A DNA stretch of 64,000 nt from a virus (Duplodnaviria; Heunggongvirae; Uroviricota; Caudoviricetes): the IMG/VR virus record IMGVR_UViG_3300035208_002606. The stretch is one strand, 5' to 3'. Of this stretch, positions 18,451-28,701 are shown one piece after another (the stretch's first letter is position 1; every line of letters starts with the position of its first letter). The position numbers and the translations under genes were made by a program. The notes under the pieces were generated by a model. The model made no database searches. It was not told the origin of the DNA and worked only from the letters and a program-made list of their open reading frames with translations.

Positions 18451-19248
18451 ATGGAAGGAATCGTCTATATCGGCACTAATTTGAAGAATGGGAAACAATA
18501 TATTGGGAAAACAACTAGAGAATTAAAGGAAAGAACGAAAGAGCATGAAAAAGAAAATGGGTGTCGTTGTATTCATTCAGCAATCAAAAAATATGGTATA
18601 GAAAACTTCAAATGGATTCCTATAAAATATTTTATTGATGAGTTAAATGAAATGGAAATGTTTTGGATTAAAACTTTAAATACGGAAACACCGAAGGGAT
18701 ATAATTTAACAAATGGTGGAGATGGCGGGGATACTTTTACTAACAATTTAAAAAAAGAAAAAATAAGAGAAAAATCAAAAAAAGCATCACAAAAATATTG
18801 GGGGGAACATCCTGAAAAGAAAAAAGAACAATCGACAAAATGGAAAGGAAAAAATAATCCTATGTTTGGAAAAAAAGGAGAATTATCTCCATATTGGGGT
18901 AAAAAAAGACCCCAATATGGGTTAAAAGGAGAAAAAAATCCTTTTTTTGGAAAACATCATTCTGAAGCAAGTAAAAAAGCAATGAGTAAAAAAAGGATAG
19001 GGAAAACAGTTCCACACACAGAAGAATGGAACGAAAATATTTCAAAAGCACTTATGGGAAAACACCCCACAGAAGAAACGAAAAATAAAATAAGAAATAC
19101 AATTATTAACAATAAAATATCTGCTGGAAAAAACAACCCCATGTATGGTCGGAGCCTTTATTCAGTCTGGGTTGAAAAATATGGAAAAGAAATCGCAGAT
19201 GAAAAATACAAAAACTGGATAAATAATAAGAGACGGAAAATAATATGA
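18451..19248 (+). CDS. GIY-YIG homing endonuclease with NUMOD3 repeats (apparently leaderless)
   Basis: GIVYIGTNLKNGKQYIG, GYNLTNGG, NPMFGK/NPFFGKHHSE; TAAATA 5 nt before the ATG. Confidence 0.85.
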   Translation: MEGIVYIGTNLKNGKQYIGKTTRELKERTKEHEKENGCRCIHSAIKKYGIENFKWIPIKYFIDELNEMEMFWIKTLNTETPKGYNLTNGGDGGDTFTNNLKKEKIREKSKKASQKYWGEHPEKKKEQSTKWKGKNNPMFGKKGELSPYWGKKRPQYGLKGEKNPFFGKHHSEASKKAMSKKRIGKTVPHTEEWNENISKALMGKHPTEETKNKIRNTIINNKISAGKNNPMYGRSLYSVWVEKYGKEIADEKYKNWINNKRRKII

Positions 19249-19868
19249 TTAATATAGCATTAGTAATCGGCAGATTCCAGCCTTTGACTAAAGGACATGT
19301 CGAGTTGGCAAACTACGCATTGAGTTCAAAAGAAAATAATGACTTGGTATTTATGGCTATCATCGAAGGGGTCAAAACATCCGAAGATAAAACCCGCAAT
19401 CCTCTTTCGGGTGGCATGCGGGAGCAAATTATCAGGAAAGCGATACCTAGCACCAAATTGGAAACCATTATTTGCGGGTCGGCAAATATTCCTGTTATTG
19501 CATTTCAAATCATTGAGAACAGGGTGATGGAGCCGTATGATAAGAAATATCATTTCACCATCTACTCAGGTCCAGACCGTGTGAAAGCATACGAAGCCCA
19601 AACTGCCCCAAAGTACATAGAACAACTGAAGAGCGACCTTAACCGCCCCGACTTGGAAATCACTTTCAGCGTCAACAGCGACCTCCCAAAAAATTATGAC
19701 GCTACGAAACTTCGGGATGCCATTCGTGCGGGTCAGGACGCTGAAGCGAGGGGAATGTTGGGGATAGAGGATGAAGGCACATACGATGAAATCAAAGCGG
19801 AAGTCGAGAAAGGAATAAAAAAGGAAGCAATGGAGACAAAAATTAAATCTATATTGGAGAGACTATAA
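19245..19868 (+). CDS. cytidylyltransferase-like (HxGH) nucleotidyltransferase
   Basis: GRFQPLTKGH, RNPLS, GPDR, ATKLRDAI. Confidence 0.75.
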   Translation: MINIALVIGRFQPLTKGHVELANYALSSKENNDLVFMAIIEGVKTSEDKTRNPLSGGMREQIIRKAIPSTKLETIICGSANIPVIAFQIIENRVMEPYDKKYHFTIYSGPDRVKAYEAQTAPKYIEQLKSDLNRPDLEITFSVNSDLPKNYDATKLRDAIRAGQDAEARGMLGIEDEGTYDEIKAEVEKGIKKEAMETKIKSILERL

Positions 19869-21946
19869 TGAACAATTATGCAGCGGAAAAATTTGGTAGC
19901 GATAATGCGGCTTGCGAACAAGACGGAAAGACAGCGTCAGGAAAAATCGTAACGGAAGACGAACTGTTGGCGCTGCAGGAAGAAACCCTGAAGCGTCAAA
20001 GTGCGGGTGAGGCTGTTCACGATGAAGGTCCAGAGGAAGAAGAAGAACTTGAGGAAGTAGAGGATTTTGACGGGGAGGAATACGGTCTAGATAATTTACC
20101 AGAAATGTTAAAAAATGAAGAAGAGTATTTTGGGCCACAGGACACTCCTTTGGGGGATGAATACGGAAGTGGGGCTGATGTTTACGAAGGCCTTGACCAC
20201 CGCTATGACAGGACGGAATATTATTTCCTGACCGAAGAATTGGATTGGGACAAACTCGAAAGCGACCCGACCCAATTGTTCACCATAGGCAACAGCAAGG
20301 TTGCCGCAGATACCATTATCTACAACCTACAACCCGCAAGATTCTGTCCTTCGTTCGAGAACGGAATGTGCAAGATTGTTCAGCCCGTAGGCGGCGAGTT
20401 TAAGATTGCTTGCTACGCTTATCAGGACGAGCGGCAGTACGATGTCGCACTCCAACTCCGTCTCCGTCAGATGAGATTTTGGGACACTCATTCAGCCGAA
20501 GATATTTACAAGAAACTAGAGGAGTTTTATTATCACAAAAAAGTCAGAGGCGGTTCAATGGTGTACGCCATCGGCAAGGGGGCAAAGACTAAAACGGCGC
20601 ACCGTGCCGCAAGAAAGGCAACCCACTTAGGCCGTCCCGAAAAAGGTTCAGACAGAATGCCCGTCAAGAGCAAGAAACTGAAGTACATCCGCTTCAATCA
20701 ATCAGGAGACTTGAAGGATAAGGAAGACGCTATCAAGATGGACGAAGTGGCAAGACTCGCAAAGGAAAAACTTGGTCTTGATTCGTACAGTTATACGGCA
20801 AGAAAGGACATCTTAAATCAGTACAAATTCAAATATGTTCACATGAACGGCTCAGGATTTAATGCCGTCACCGCCATCAACGAGCCTGTTGCGGGTGGAA
20901 GAGGCGTGAAGTCCCTAGGAAAAACTTTCGCCGCCTTTCCGTCCCTCAGAGATAAAAAGGGCAATTGGATGGAAAGAGACCCGAAGGTAAAAATTTATTA
21001 CGAGGACATCTTCGAAAAACTCCTTCCTGACGGAAGCCCGAACCCCAAATTCGACAAGTACACCAAAGTCAACCCTTCGGGGTGGTATGCCTGTCCTGGG
21101 GATTGCAACTCCTGCCCCGCCTGCAAGGTTGACAAGTTCAAGAATATCGCCGTGAAAATTCACAGGTCATTCCACAAGATTGCATCGGATTGGCACGATG
21201 TCGAGAAAGTCGGCGCAAAGGGATACAGAGTTCATCAAAAATTCGACCCGTACGAAAGGGGTAAGAAGGGTGAAGCCTTAAAGTGGTCTAAGGAAATGGA
21301 AGCGGAATACGAAGCAAGAGCGGAGAAACTTCGCAAGCAGGACGAGTTCAGCAAACTTCCGAAGAAGGAAAAAGAGAAAATCGCCGCAGACGCATTGAAC
21401 CACGAATACGAAGCGTTTGATATTGACATGAATCCTGACTCTTACGAAGACTGGCAAAAGATTGTCAAGAAGTGGGAAGACAAGGTTAAGAAGTTGAAGT
21501 TAAATGTTCCTATTGCCAAGATGAGAGCGGCTCATGGCGTTCCCGATAATCGAACCATTAACAAGACAAGAAAACTGATGACGGCAGAGGACATTGATAA
21601 GTTCGCAACGGAAGAGGAGAAGGAGTTTTTGAGGGAGTCGATGGGTGATAAGGTCATGGATTGGAAATCTTATGCGGCAAAACTTAAAAAGAAGAGCATA
21701 GATGAACTATTATACATGAGAAAAGATGCATATGAAGCGGCACAGGCAGGAGACGATTTGGAAAAGGCGGGATTGCCAAATAACGGTGGTTATTACTGGG
21801 ACGAAGTTCATATGATAACGGATGAACTCAGGAGACGGAAAAAGGAATTGGAAAGTGTGCCATTAGACCCTGAACCCATATACGGCAATGACGGGGAAGA
21901 AATTAAAGACCTCCCCGATGACGATTATTATCGAGAGGACCGCTAA
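19868..21946 (+). CDS. large protein with a Gp88-like Cys-rich domain, acidic N-terminus and an internal capsid-tag-like motif
   Basis: GNSK...CP...C...CYA...RFNQSGD...YSYTAR...CPGDCNSCPAC resembles the phage Gp88 family as recalled. Confidence 0.5.
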   Translation: MNNYAAEKFGSDNAACEQDGKTASGKIVTEDELLALQEETLKRQSAGEAVHDEGPEEEEELEEVEDFDGEEYGLDNLPEMLKNEEEYFGPQDTPLGDEYGSGADVYEGLDHRYDRTEYYFLTEELDWDKLESDPTQLFTIGNSKVAADTIIYNLQPARFCPSFENGMCKIVQPVGGEFKIACYAYQDERQYDVALQLRLRQMRFWDTHSAEDIYKKLEEFYYHKKVRGGSMVYAIGKGAKTKTAHRAARKATHLGRPEKGSDRMPVKSKKLKYIRFNQSGDLKDKEDAIKMDEVARLAKEKLGLDSYSYTARKDILNQYKFKYVHMNGSGFNAVTAINEPVAGGRGVKSLGKTFAAFPSLRDKKGNWMERDPKVKIYYEDIFEKLLPDGSPNPKFDKYTKVNPSGWYACPGDCNSCPACKVDKFKNIAVKIHRSFHKIASDWHDVEKVGAKGYRVHQKFDPYERGKKGEALKWSKEMEAEYEARAEKLRKQDEFSKLPKKEKEKIAADALNHEYEAFDIDMNPDSYEDWQKIVKKWEDKVKKLKLNVPIAKMRAAHGVPDNRTINKTRKLMTAEDIDKFATEEEKEFLRESMGDKVMDWKSYAAKLKKKSIDELLYMRKDAYEAAQAGDDLEKAGLPNNGGYYWDEVHMITDELRRRKKELESVPLDPEPIYGNDGEEIKDLPDDDYYREDR

Positions 21947-21978
21947 CCAAAATTAAAATAGGAGACGAATGAGAAAGA

Positions 21979-23478
21979 ATGATTCTTGTCGAGAAAACCG
22001 CTAACCCTAATTACTTAAAAGTCTCAGCCGAGAAATCTATTTTCGGTTTCCTAAGCCTTCACTTCACGGTCAAAGACAAAAATTGTTTCTTTCACCCCCT
22101 GTACAAGAAAAAACTTTGGGACGGCAAGATAAGATTCCTAAGGTCTGACGGAACCATTCTGTCGGGCCTACTCGTTGAGATTCTCAGGATTGCCAAAATC
22201 AATCATTGGCAAGTACAGTTCGACAAAGACCTCATCCTGAACCCGCACAAGTTCCAACGCCCTGAAATCGAACTCAGCCTGAAGGATGTCACCCTATTTC
22301 CTGACCAAGTGGACACGATAGAAAAACTCCTGAAGTATAATTACGGACTCTGTAAACTTCCCACGAGCGCAGGAAAGAGTTATATCGAGATAGCCATCAT
22401 GAACCTCTACAGGCTCCGAGGCCTGAAGAATATGATTTTAATCGTTCCACGGCAGACGCTCGTGGAACAGATTTACGAGGATGTCGTTCTGAAATCCCCC
22501 TTTCTCAAGCCTGAAGAAGTGGGCCGTCTCTACGGCGGCATGAAGGAATGGGACAAGCCCGTTGTCGTTGCGACTTGGCAGAGCCTCAACACGCTCTTGC
22601 AGTTGGACTCCGATTACGGCAAGCGGTTTGAACTGCTCATCCTTGATGAGTGTCATATATCTTCTTCAGTAGCAAAAGTTACTAAAGAAGTCATCACCGC
22701 CTTCCCCACCAAGCACAAATATGGATTCTCTGCAACAATTTTAAGTAGAGACGCTGATAAACTTGAGTATCTTAATTCAGTTTCACTCTTTGGCCCAATA
22801 ACCGCAAGTGGGAGTATCCAAAAACTTCAAGAAATAGATAGAATTTCTGATGCCGAGATACAAATCAAATTGCTGAAGTATTCCATTCAGCCAGAAATAA
22901 AAACATACAACGAATATCAAGATTTTGTGCGTTATTCTCCGAAACGAAGAGAATATATCGTGGAATTAATTAAAGAAGTAAAAAATAGATTACCGAACTC
23001 TAATGGCCTTCTTCTTATTCGTAATGTTGATTTTGCTAGAGAAATGACTGAAATGTTACAGAAAGATTTTGGTGAAAATGTTCATTTAATTGAAGGGTCT
23101 GTTAAAGTCGAGGATAGAATTGAAATAAAAAACACTATAAAAAGAAATGAGAATCAGATATTGGTGGCTTCGGTAGGAACATTTTCTATAGGAGAAAATT
23201 TACCCAATCTCCATTGGCTGATTTTGGTTCAATCCCGCAAATCCGAAATAGAAACCATTCAACAGGTCGGCAGATTATTGAGAAAATATCCAGGGAAAGA
23301 AAAGGCACTCATATATGATATAACGGATGACTTGACGGTAATTCGGACAAACGAAAATGGCAAAGAAATAAAGAAAAATTTCGGGAAAAAACACTTGAAA
23401 AAACGCATAGAAGTCTTCCAACGACACGGATTAAAAGTAGTAGGGATAGAACAAGTTTATCTTCAAAATAATAAATAG
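21979..23478 (+). CDS. uvsW: SF2 DNA helicase
   Basis: WDGKIR, PTSAGKS, TWQSL, LDECH, GFSAT, QQVGRLLR, YDITDDL. Confidence 0.9.
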   Translation: MILVEKTANPNYLKVSAEKSIFGFLSLHFTVKDKNCFFHPLYKKKLWDGKIRFLRSDGTILSGLLVEILRIAKINHWQVQFDKDLILNPHKFQRPEIELSLKDVTLFPDQVDTIEKLLKYNYGLCKLPTSAGKSYIEIAIMNLYRLRGLKNMILIVPRQTLVEQIYEDVVLKSPFLKPEEVGRLYGGMKEWDKPVVVATWQSLNTLLQLDSDYGKRFELLILDECHISSSVAKVTKEVITAFPTKHKYGFSATILSRDADKLEYLNSVSLFGPITASGSIQKLQEIDRISDAEIQIKLLKYSIQPEIKTYNEYQDFVRYSPKRREYIVELIKEVKNRLPNSNGLLLIRNVDFAREMTEMLQKDFGENVHLIEGSVKVEDRIEIKNTIKRNENQILVASVGTFSIGENLPNLHWLILVQSRKSEIETIQQVGRLLRKYPGKEKALIYDITDDLTVIRTNENGKEIKKNFGKKHLKKRIEVFQRHGLKVVGIEQVYLQNNK

Positions 23479-23564
23479 TAGTGAGGGACAGGGTTCGCTA
23501 CCTTTTCAAAATGTCCTACCATTTTGAATAACCTCACTAATATTTTAGTCAGTAGGAGGGCCAA
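23472..23564 (+). promoter_or_regulatory. late promoter plus structured leader RNA, copy 3
   Basis: near-identical to copy 2, but loop tcctac (23514-23519) pairs with gtagga (23552-23557). Confidence 0.85.
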
Positions 23565-24227
23565 ATGGATTTAGAAAACGGAATTATTTATATTGCCACC
23601 AATTTAGTTAATGGAAAACAATATGTGGGCCAAACAGTTAGAAGTATAAAAGATAGAATATACGAACATAAAACAAGAAATAAAAAAACTTGTCCTGTTT
23701 TTCATTCCGCTATTGTCAAGTATAATATTTCATCTTTCAAATGGGTGTATTTTGAATATCCTATTGAAAATTTAGATTGGGCTGAAAATTTTTGGATAAA
23801 AACCCTGGACACAATATCACCTAATGGTTATAATTTAGATTCAGGGGGAAACACAACGAAACGACATCATAATTTATCCAAATTAAAAATGAAAATGAAA
23901 AAACTTGGGCAAAACAATCCTAATTTTGGACGAATAGGGGAAAAACATCCGATGTTTGGTTTAAGAGGTGAAAAAAGTCCTTTGTATGGAAAACCTAGAC
24001 CAGAATCGTTTAAATTAAAAATGAAAAAAATAATGGAAGGGGATAATCATCCTAATTTTGGAAACCATTTGTCACAGACTACAAGAGAAAAAATATCCAA
24101 GGCCTTAAAAAATAAATCAAAAAGTGAAAAACATAAATTGTCATTATCCAAATCACATAAAGGACAAACTCCTTGGAATAAAGGAAAGTTGGGATGGAAA
24201 AAGAAAAAGAGACAGGCTGTGATATAA
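23565..24227 (+). CDS. GIY-YIG homing endonuclease
   Basis: GIIYIATNLVNGKQYVGQT, PNGYNLDSGG, NPNFG/HPMFG repeats, PWNKG. Confidence 0.85.
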   Translation: MDLENGIIYIATNLVNGKQYVGQTVRSIKDRIYEHKTRNKKTCPVFHSAIVKYNISSFKWVYFEYPIENLDWAENFWIKTLDTISPNGYNLDSGGNTTKRHHNLSKLKMKMKKLGQNNPNFGRIGEKHPMFGLRGEKSPLYGKPRPESFKLKMKKIMEGDNHPNFGNHLSQTTREKISKALKNKSKSEKHKLSLSKSHKGQTPWNKGKLGWKKKKRQAVI

Positions 24228-24257
24228 TAAATAGTAGTAGAGTCTAGGAGGAATAAA

Positions 24258-24743
24258 ATGTTAATTCTTGACGAGAACGGAAAAGTAATCGAAAGTAACA
24301 ATAAAAGTGTAGACGAGTTAAAGCGTGAATCCTACAAGCACGGCAACGAGCAAATCCTGAAGGAAGAGGAAAAGGAAGAACTTACATCCTTCGTAGACAG
24401 CCTGGAAGAATTAGAGGGTGACGGGGAGGAAGATGCCAACATGGAAGCCGATAATCTCGACCCCTCTGCTGCCGAAGTAGCAATGGTTTTTGCAGAGTTC
24501 AAGGCCAATTTCGTCCGACAATTCGGAGAGGAAGAGTGTCAGGACGCTTTTTTGCAGTTTGAGGACTTCTTTAGCGGCAAAGGTGTGGATGTCAGCATAG
24601 ACTTAGGCGACCTTGGAGCAGGAGAAGGAATCCCAGGAGTTGAAAGTTCCGAACAGGAAATCATTTCAAGCGAGATTGAAGAACAAATCAACCACACAAA
24701 GCAACAATTCAACAGTTGGTTGGAGAGGAAAGGGAAGAAGTAA
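24258..24743 (+). CDS. acidic hypothetical late protein
   Basis: TAAATA plus AGGAGG RBS. Confidence 0.55.
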   Translation: MLILDENGKVIESNNKSVDELKRESYKHGNEQILKEEEKEELTSFVDSLEELEGDGEEDANMEADNLDPSAAEVAMVFAEFKANFVRQFGEEECQDAFLQFEDFFSGKGVDVSIDLGDLGAGEGIPGVESSEQEIISSEIEEQINHTKQQFNSWLERKGKK

Positions 24744-24744
24744 A

Positions 24745-24924
24745 ATGACCCAATCCCAACTTAAATCAAAAATCAAAGACTTGCAAGACGAAATAATCCG
24801 ATTAGACCATAAATATCACTTCAGTACGGACGATGTGGAAGTAGACGAAAAGACATTGGATATGATTTCAAAAAAGATTGACCACTTGCAAATGCTTCAG
24901 GATATGTTAGAAACAGCAAATTAA
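24745..24924 (+). CDS. small coiled-coil protein
   Basis: ATG just after the upstream stop. Confidence 0.45.
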   Translation: MTQSQLKSKIKDLQDEIIRLDHKYHFSTDDVEVDEKTLDMISKKIDHLQMLQDMLETAN

Positions 24925-24942
24925 TAACGAAAGGAAGTACGA

Positions 24943-25518
24943 ATGACTGCCAACGATGCTTGGATAATTTACAAACGAATCGACAATGAAATCAATGCCC
25001 TTGAAGTACCCTTGCAGACGTACATAGGCATGGAATTGAAAGACCCCCGCAAACTTCAAATCTATCAGTCCATTGTGGATTCGGGAGTGGATGTCAAGAA
25101 GTTTTTCCTTGCCAATTGTACCCTGAATAAGGAGTTTTGGATTGATTTTTACAAGTTCAACCCTGAACGATGCCTGACTCTTTATCACTCTTGGGATGAG
25201 TTCCTACGGTCGAACCGTCCCGACTACTTCAGACGGGTCATGGAAGAACTCAAGAAGGGAATCAGGCTGAATTTGGACGATAGGGACAAGTTCTTGGAGT
25301 TGGTACAGGTTCATGACCCATTGTTATTCTCAGCCCTTTATCCTGAGGATTTGGAATTACTGCTATCCTTGGATGACGATTGGGTAAAATTCCACATCCC
25401 GCCATATCAGAACGCAATGGAGTATATCCGCAAGGTCATTCGGGGGCATTTGATTCTGAAGGAGATGAAGAGTTTCGACAAATTACGAGCAGGGGTTTTA
25501 AAGATAATTGATAAATAG
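24943..25518 (+). CDS. hypothetical protein, possibly gp59-like helicase loader
   Basis: size, MT..DAW..Y start and proximity to RNase H; weak resemblance only. Confidence 0.3.
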   Translation: MTANDAWIIYKRIDNEINALEVPLQTYIGMELKDPRKLQIYQSIVDSGVDVKKFFLANCTLNKEFWIDFYKFNPERCLTLYHSWDEFLRSNRPDYFRRVMEELKKGIRLNLDDRDKFLELVQVHDPLLFSALYPEDLELLLSLDDDWVKFHIPPYQNAMEYIRKVIRGHLILKEMKSFDKLRAGVLKIIDK

Positions 25519-25541
25519 GGGTAGAGGAGATTCCGATTCAG

Positions 25542-25910
25542 ATGAAATTCACAATAGTAACTGAAAATTTATTGATAGAAGAAACAGTCAATCAACTAAG
25601 AAGTAATTTATCACAAATTTCTAAAGAAATAAAATCGACTTATGATGTCGAATTACGAACATATATAGAACCTAAAGAAAGAGGGAGTCAAAAAAAGAAT
25701 AGAGTTTTTATCGAGTGGATTAAAGCATTGCGCCCGGGCGCAGCCGCTTTCGCCATGCAAAAATTTTGCGAATGGGCAGACCAAAATGGTATTACTTTGG
25801 GATTAAAGGCTAGTGATGATTTTGGCACGAATAAAGAAAAATTAATATCATTTTATAACCATTTCAACTTTATTCCCATTATAAGTGAAATGGAAAGAGA
25901 ACCTAAATAA
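25542..25910 (+). CDS. GNAT-fold-like protein
   Basis: G.A...M..FC.WAD..G..L.L.A......L..FY..F.F pattern of GNAT motifs A/B. Confidence 0.45.
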   Translation: MKFTIVTENLLIEETVNQLRSNLSQISKEIKSTYDVELRTYIEPKERGSQKKNRVFIEWIKALRPGAAAFAMQKFCEWADQNGITLGLKASDDFGTNKEKLISFYNHFNFIPIISEMEREPK

Positions 25911-25925
25911 CAAGGAGGGCCGCAG

Positions 25926-26567
25926 ATGATAAAATTAAAAGAAATTCGTAGAAAAGACATAGAATATAGTACGTCCAAAAAAGGTGATGTGATAACAGTT
26001 GATATTACGGGAAATCCTGATGAAAGAAAGGCAAGGATTTTAACAAATAAATGGCAAAAACTTGAAACATCAATGCGAATTCTTAAAAAGCATTTAGATG
26101 AAACCAAATCTGAAATTAGAAACACCATTAAAGACATTGTTGATGCCGCTGACCTCCTTAATACAGTTAAATTTGAGGCAGAAAAATTTATTGTCACGAT
26201 GGATAAACAAGTCAATTTAACAAAGGAGAATAAAGATAAATATTATGCCTACCTTGCCAAAGCATTAAACATGAGCGAGGAGGCAGTTCAGGCTTTAGAA
26301 AAGAGTTTAACAGAAAGGGTAGAAACAGGGAGTATTAAAGAACCCACATTACGCTATACCCCAAAAATGGAATCTGTTTTTTCAACCATTAAATCTGCTT
26401 TTTATAATTTATTTGTCAAAAAATACATCAACCCCATTAAAGATATTTTAAGCATGGTCGCTTCCGTTGCAGAAGAAGAAAATATTTATAATAATTTGAC
26501 TTCAGAAGATATTCAAAAATATGGAACCGAAAAGGAACAAGAATTTCTTAACGAATATATAAAATGA
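25926..26567 (+). CDS. putative internal head protein
   Basis: TAAATA plus AGGAGG; C-terminal LTSEDIQKYGTEKEQEFLNE tag. Confidence 0.45.
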   Translation: MIKLKEIRRKDIEYSTSKKGDVITVDITGNPDERKARILTNKWQKLETSMRILKKHLDETKSEIRNTIKDIVDAADLLNTVKFEAEKFIVTMDKQVNLTKENKDKYYAYLAKALNMSEEAVQALEKSLTERVETGSIKEPTLRYTPKMESVFSTIKSAFYNLFVKKYINPIKDILSMVASVAEEENIYNNLTSEDIQKYGTEKEQEFLNEYIK

Positions 26568-27151
26568 AACTAAAAATATTAAACGAAACCAAAATCAGCA
26601 GGGTGTGGCAATTCGTTGAGAACCCTAAGTATTCCTTCGGAATTATGTCCGCACATCGTAGCGACCTCTCAAGAGACGAGAACGAAGAGAACGAGACCGA
26701 ACTCCTGAAGAATATTCTCGACAACGGCTACGGATTCATCGAACTTGTCGGCGGCAGTACGGAAAAGTTGGACAGCGGCGAAGAGGTCGAAATCACCGAA
26801 CCCTCTTACCTTATCAACGGCATCACCCGCAGAAAACTTGTCAATTGGGGGGTCAAGTACAATCAGGACTCAGTTCTCTACAAGAACAAGGACGGTTTTG
26901 AACTTATCTCGACTTCCGAACGGAACAACAAGAAGGTCGGGGATATCCTAGGACAGTTTAACTTCGCCCAAGGTCGGGAGAATATTGCCCTAGGCATCGA
27001 GGCCGTTCGTCAATATTATTCAAGATTAAAGAAGGGCAGTCACCGCCGCAAGAAGTTTTCCTTCGTCTTCAAGGAAAAACTAAGACCGAATTGGATGGGC
27101 GGGATGGCAAACCAAGCACCTGTTTGGATAACCCTAATCGAAGATAAATAA
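26564..27151 (+). CDS. conserved T4-like-phage hypothetical protein
   Basis: ILNE-TKISRVW start, SAHR, G.KYNQDSVL pattern. Confidence 0.5.
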   Translation: MKLKILNETKISRVWQFVENPKYSFGIMSAHRSDLSRDENEENETELLKNILDNGYGFIELVGGSTEKLDSGEEVEITEPSYLINGITRRKLVNWGVKYNQDSVLYKNKDGFELISTSERNNKKVGDILGQFNFAQGRENIALGIEAVRQYYSRLKKGSHRRKKFSFVFKEKLRPNWMGGMANQAPVWITLIEDK

Positions 27152-27189
27152 TCCCATCACACTTCAACCTGTGGTATAATAAGAGTAAG

Positions 27190-28113
27190 ATGAAACAAAA
27201 GAAACTCATACTCTTGGATTTTAATAACATGGTTTACATCGTGGTGTTTTCCAGATACCTTGTAGACAAGTACAAAGGAATCACCACAAAGGCAATGACG
27301 AAAGAGAAGATGGACGAACTGATGCGGGATTCGTTAAAGATGATGTTCTGTAAAATCTTTAACATTCTCGAATGGAATCAGGATTACCAGATTGACCTCC
27401 TATTTGCCAAGGACGGCTACAGGCTTTGGCGCAGGAACAGGCTCTTTCAGGAGTACAAGGCCCACCGCAAGAGCAAAAGAGATGCCTCTTCCGTTGACTT
27501 TGAACTCGTCTTCAATATCTTTGATGAAATTTGGGAGCAGTTGAAGGCCGTCTTGCCGTATCGTTTCATAAATTTGGACGGCATTGAAGTGGACGATATT
27601 ATTTACGAAACGATAATGTCGGAATACGACAGTTACGATGCCTTTCAGATTTATTCAGCCGATGCCGACTTCGTTCAAATCCTGAGGAATAAAAAGGTCG
27701 AACTGTACAACCCTAAAATGAAGGAGTTCCGTAAGCCTGAGGATTCGGAGTTCGACCTGTTCGAGAAAATTATAAGGGGGGACAAATCAGATGGTATTCC
27801 GAATATTTACACAGACTCCATCACGGAGCGTCAAAAGCCAATCTTTACCACTTCTATCAAGGCTTGGTATCAAGACAAAAATGCTTTTAAGGAATTTCTC
27901 AAAGCCCAACCCAAGGAAGTGCAAAAGCGATTCATCCGCAACAAGCGGTTGATTGACATGCGGGATATTCCTGACGATATTCGGAACGATATTCGTACTG
28001 CCCTTGTAGTTCCGTCTAAAAATTTCAACCTTCAGGAATACATGAAAACGGCAAAAAAATATTACATCGAAATGATGGAAGAAAAGGCTGAGATGATTTT
28101 CAGAACGGAATAA
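27190..28113 (+). CDS. rnh: RNase H / 5'-3' flap exonuclease
   Basis: LLDFNN, WR....EYKAHR, EVDDII, SADADFVQ, GDKSDGIPN, RNKRLID. Confidence 0.9.
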   Translation: MKQKKLILLDFNNMVYIVVFSRYLVDKYKGITTKAMTKEKMDELMRDSLKMMFCKIFNILEWNQDYQIDLLFAKDGYRLWRRNRLFQEYKAHRKSKRDASSVDFELVFNIFDEIWEQLKAVLPYRFINLDGIEVDDIIYETIMSEYDSYDAFQIYSADADFVQILRNKKVELYNPKMKEFRKPEDSEFDLFEKIIRGDKSDGIPNIYTDSITERQKPIFTTSIKAWYQDKNAFKEFLKAQPKEVQKRFIRNKRLIDMRDIPDDIRNDIRTALVVPSKNFNLQEYMKTAKKYYIEMMEEKAEMIFRTE

Positions 28114-28114
28114 A

Positions 28115-28513
28115 ATGACAATAGAAGAAATCAGGAAACAGGTTTTTGAGGATGCCCGTCAGCAGTATGAAGACCCCACCGACAGGCTTCAGTCCAACGG
28201 GGATAAGGCATTAAAGTATGCAGAATACCGATATCGTATTAGCAAGGAAAGGGACAAGCAGAAGCGATTGCTAGACCTAAAATACGCAGAATTGTACAAG
28301 GCGAACAAGTTCGAATCCAATCGTATTCTTAAAAATAAGCAGGATGTGGAGTGCTTCATCGACACGGACGAAGAATATCAAAAGTTAAGAGCCGCTTTCG
28401 ATACATTGGAAAGTATACTAACTTTTCTTGACCAAGTGGTTCAGGTCTATCAACAGCGTGAAGCATCGGAACGCCTTATCTTTAAATCCAAAACAGGAAT
28501 AGGGGACAGATGA
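28115..28513 (+). CDS. uvsY: recombination mediator, UvsY-like
   Basis: 132-aa helical protein with K.DVE.FID.DEEY..L motif and a G-containing C-terminus. Confidence 0.6.
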   Translation: MTIEEIRKQVFEDARQQYEDPTDRLQSNGDKALKYAEYRYRISKERDKQKRLLDLKYAELYKANKFESNRILKNKQDVECFIDTDEEYQKLRAAFDTLESILTFLDQVVQVYQQREASERLIFKSKTGIGDR

Positions 28514-28701
28514 AATACGATTTAACAGCAACGATAAAAGATGGTTTTGGTCGCACCCAAACATTCGCCCATTATTCCAATATTTCTGTTTGGAAGGCAT
28601 TTTGGGTATTTATCGATATTTATTTTAAAACGAAAAAGAATAAAAGAAACCATATCATTATCACACTTGATGAAAAATTAATAAGGAGTAAAAATGAATA
28701 A
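28510..28701 (+). CDS. hypothetical protein
   Basis: overlapping start/stop packing. Confidence 0.45.
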   Translation: MKYDLTATIKDGFGRTQTFAHYSNISVWKAFWVFIDIYFKTKKNKRNHIIITLDEKLIRSKNE

